DNA of 64,000 nt from Nostoc sp. (GTDB lineage: Bacteria; Cyanobacteriota; Cyanobacteriia; Cyanobacteriales; Nostocaceae), in contig JBALDB010000028.1 in assembly GCA_036918135.1 (NCBI GenBank), positions 64,001-128,000 on the forward strand. The letters run 5' to 3'. Numbering within the stretch: position 1 is the stretch's first letter; every line of letters begins with the position of its first letter. This document shows, one piece after another, positions 60,581 to 64,000 of this stretch. Below the pieces are notes generated by a model, which was not told the DNA's origin, did not search any database, and was given only the letters and a program-made list of their open reading frames with translations. Made by a program: the position numbers and the translations under genes.

Positions 60581-61501
60581 ATGGCAAACACTTGGTGGGA
60601 ACTACAAATTTTATGCGAACCAGACCTAGAAGATTCTATCTTTTGGCGGCTGGAAGATTTTGGCTGTCGTGGCACAGCTAGTGAAAGCAAAGGAAATTCC
60701 TCTTTAGTCAGAGGTTACTTGCCAACAATTCAAACACAACTGCTAGATTTGGCAGCACTATCGCTGCGGCTGCGTCAAGATGCCCTGTGTGTAGGACTTT
60801 TGCCTCCTACAGTGCGCTGGCAATTGATTGATGAAGAAGATTGGGCAACTAGTTGGAAGCAATACTGGCAGCCCCAAGAAATTGGCGATCGCTTTTTAAT
60901 TAACCCCGCTTGGCTACCATCACCAGAAACAACCGAACGCTTAGTAATTCGTCTCGACCCAGGTGTAGCATTTGGTACGGGCGGTCATGCCACAACTCAG
61001 CTATGTTTAGAATCTCTGGAAATGCGTCTGAGTCAATTACCACAATTTGTTGTTGATACTAATAGTAAACAAGAACATACGATAATTGCGGATATAGGCT
61101 GCGGCTCTGGTATCCTTTCCATTGGAGCGTTACTACTGGGAGCAGAGAAAGTCTATGCAGTGGATACTGACCCCTTGGCAGTGCAATCAACTATTAGTAA
61201 CCGCACACTGAATGACATTAATCCAGAACGTTTACTACCTGCACAAGGAAGCGTAGACGTTTTGACAAAACTGCTGTCAAACCCGGTGGACGGTATCGTT
61301 TGTAATATTTTGGCTGATGTGATAATCGAGTTAGTGCCAGAAATGAGTGCGATCGCTAAGCCTAGCACTTGGGCTATTTTCAGTGGTATTTTACTCGAAC
61401 AATCCAAAGCTGTCGCTGACGCCTTAGAAAAACATGGTTGGGTCGTTGCTACTCTGTGGAAGCGCAAAGAATGGTGTTGTTTGAATGTAAGGCGTTCTTA
61501 A
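60581..61501 (+). CDS. prmA: 50S ribosomal protein L11 methyltransferase
   Basis: [47 protein letters not shown]. Confidence 0.93.
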   Translation: MANTWWELQILCEPDLEDSIFWRLEDFGCRGTASESKGNSSLVRGYLPTIQTQLLDLAALSLRLRQDALCVGLLPPTVRWQLIDEEDWATSWKQYWQPQEIGDRFLINPAWLPSPETTERLVIRLDPGVAFGTGGHATTQLCLESLEMRLSQLPQFVVDTNSKQEHTIIADIGCGSGILSIGALLLGAEKVYAVDTDPLAVQSTISNRTLNDINPERLLPAQGSVDVLTKLLSNPVDGIVCNILADVIIELVPEMSAIAKPSTWAIFSGILLEQSKAVADALEKHGWVVATLWKRKEWCCLNVRRS

Positions 61502-62032
61502 GCAAACAATATTAATTGCGATTGCCCTGCAAACAACCTAATTATTTCTTTTGGCACAGTCACTAGCTTTAGTTGAATTGGTACTTTTGGATCGCCTGTT
61601 CAATCTTGTAAGTCACTAAATTGATTCTGTTTTTAACTTTATCAAAATCAATATTCACCCATATATAGGCTTTGTTAGATATCTCTTGTCTAGGCATAGC
61701 TAGTATTACTTGTCAACACAATTTTTTATATCTATACAATATAGCTATCCTAATTTCTCAACCACTTTCTTAAGACATATAAGTAGATATGCCTTAATAT
61801 TTACTTTAGATTTTACTTGGTAGTAGTTTATCAAATGGTAATTCGTGAGTTATAGCCGTAATCACACTCTTTAGGACACAAGGATGGGGTGAAAGAAGAG
61901 AGTTAGCAATAAGTTTTACCTCCAGCAAGAACTGCCCTCTGCCTCCTGCTATAGCATAGCAAGCAGTCTACGCTACTAAAAAAGACGCGACATTTCGCGC
62001 CTTTGGAGACTAAACCAAATTCTCAATGCTAC

Positions 62033-62350
62033 CTAAATAATTGTTTTTAGCTGTTCCACCAACTGCGCTGCTTGTCTTACACCTTCAATTCGCTCCACAG
62101 GCTGACCCTTCTTAAATAGTACTAGGGTTGGTAAGGCATAGATTTCATACTGGCTTGCCAATTGTGTGTATTTTTCCGTGTCAATTTTGACAATCCGCAG
62201 GCGATCCTTGAGTTGGGCATTCACTTGCTCTAAAATTGGCACCATCATCTGACATGGGCCACACCATTCAGCGTAAAAATCCACTAATACAGGTACATCG
62301 GAATCAGATAGCATCTCTTCAAAGCTGTTAAATTGTTTTTTAGTTGCCAT
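62033..62350 (-). CDS. Thioredoxin (y-type-like)
   Basis: VLVDFYAEWCGPC; ATG 62350. Confidence 0.92.
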   Translation of the reverse strand: MATKKQFNSFEEMLSDSDVPVLVDFYAEWCGPCQMMVPILEQVNAQLKDRLRIVKIDTEKYTQLASQYEIYALPTLVLFKKGQPVERIEGVRQAAQLVEQLKTII

Positions 62351-62953
62351 GTGATACACACCGCTTTTCAATTGTTTGTTTCAATGGTAATTCTTAGAAA
62401 ATAAAATAGGTATATGTTTATGGGTTTTTCTTAGGAAAATATTAGATTAGTCAACATAAACTAGTTAATCAGCAAAAAAAATTAAATAATTCTAATAAAA
62501 TCAATATATTATATTATTTTATGCATCGGAATTAGATATTTATTTATACCTATCTCAACCAACCAAATAATTATACAGAGTTTCACGACACTGATGTCTA
62601 TACTACTTGCTAGTTTATCTAATTTGGCAATGTCTGTCTTGAAAAATCCAGAGCAGTGTCAGCCGTCGCTTTGACTTTTCGCTACGACAAGCTCGCCTAC
62701 GCAGTTATAATTAAATCGATAATATGTTTTAACTTCTCCAAATATTAATATAAAAATAACTAGAGATAGTTAATTGAACTAAAAATATGATATTCAAAGA
62801 ATTAGAAGCAAAATTGCTCAACTGACTATAATTTGTATCATGGAAGCAAGATTACTACTCGGCAATAATTAGATTTTATCCAAACAATATTCAGATGTTC
62901 CCTAAATCACCATAAGATAATTAGCGCGGTATTCTCAGATTCAGGAACATTAA

Positions 62954-63700
<747 letters not shown>

Positions 63701-63762
63701 AGAGACGCGATTAACCGCGTCTGTACAACAGACCATTTGTAGAGACGCGATGAATCGCGTCT
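63701..63762. repeat. Two REP-like palindromes
   Basis: AGACGCGATTAACCGCGTCT and AGACGCGATGAATCGCGTCT. Confidence 0.7.
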
Positions 63763-63787
63763 TAAACTCAGGATATCTTGCAATCAA

Positions 63788-64000
63788 AAGGTCAAAGTTG
63801 AGCCTCAGAAGGTCAAAGTTGAGCCTCAGAAGGTCAAAGTTGAACCTCAGAAGGTGAAAGTTGAGCCTCAGAAGGTGAAAGTTGAACCTCAAAAGGTGAA
63901 AGTTGAACCTCAAAAGGTGAAAGTTGAGCCTCAGAAGGTGAAAGTTGAGCCTCAGAAGGTGAAAGTTGAACCTCAGAAGGTGAAAGTTGAGCCTCAGAAG
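63788..64000. repeat. 21-bp tandem repeat array (at least 10 units, runs off the window)
   Basis: Unit AAGGT(C/G)AAAGTTGA(G/A)CCTCA(G/A), no spacers. Confidence 0.95.

Noticed and set aside
63788..64000. CRISPR array
   Set aside because: Contiguous tandem units with no unique spacers

Overview
AT-rich chromosomal window from a heterocyst-forming cyanobacterium (Nostocales-like: abundant HIP1 GCGATCGC, STRR heptamers and nested short dispersed repeats). The housekeeping and accessory backbone includes a GHL10 hydrolase, ampG, lexA, argF, tRNA-Thr(UGU), ftsH, photolyase, glycosyltransferases, a parA-like gene, GH65, serA, prmA, thioredoxin and fabG. Three regions stand out. (1) A ~16 kb DNA phosphorothioation locus (11.8-27.9 kb): dndC/D/E, a Dnd-associated methyltransferase, two DGQHR proteins flanking a GIY-YIG-like nuclease, and a Pbe-like helicase/small ORF/SMC-ATPase/dnd-associated-4 module directly downstream of lexA, with no dndA or dndFGH. 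(2) A 663-bp relic of a type V-K CRISPR-associated transposon beside tRNA-Thr. It retains both Tn7-like ends, one 37-nt repeat with a tRNA-homing spacer, and fragments of cas12k and cvkR. (3) An amino-acid-permease-PAS-GGDEF-EAL fusion convergent with a serine/histidine-decarboxylase-like enzyme, a candidate amine/c-di-GMP signalling pair. Also present are a CBS-HEPN protein, several pseudogenes and a 21-bp tandem array running off the right end. All family assignments come from motif recognition and recall, not database searches.
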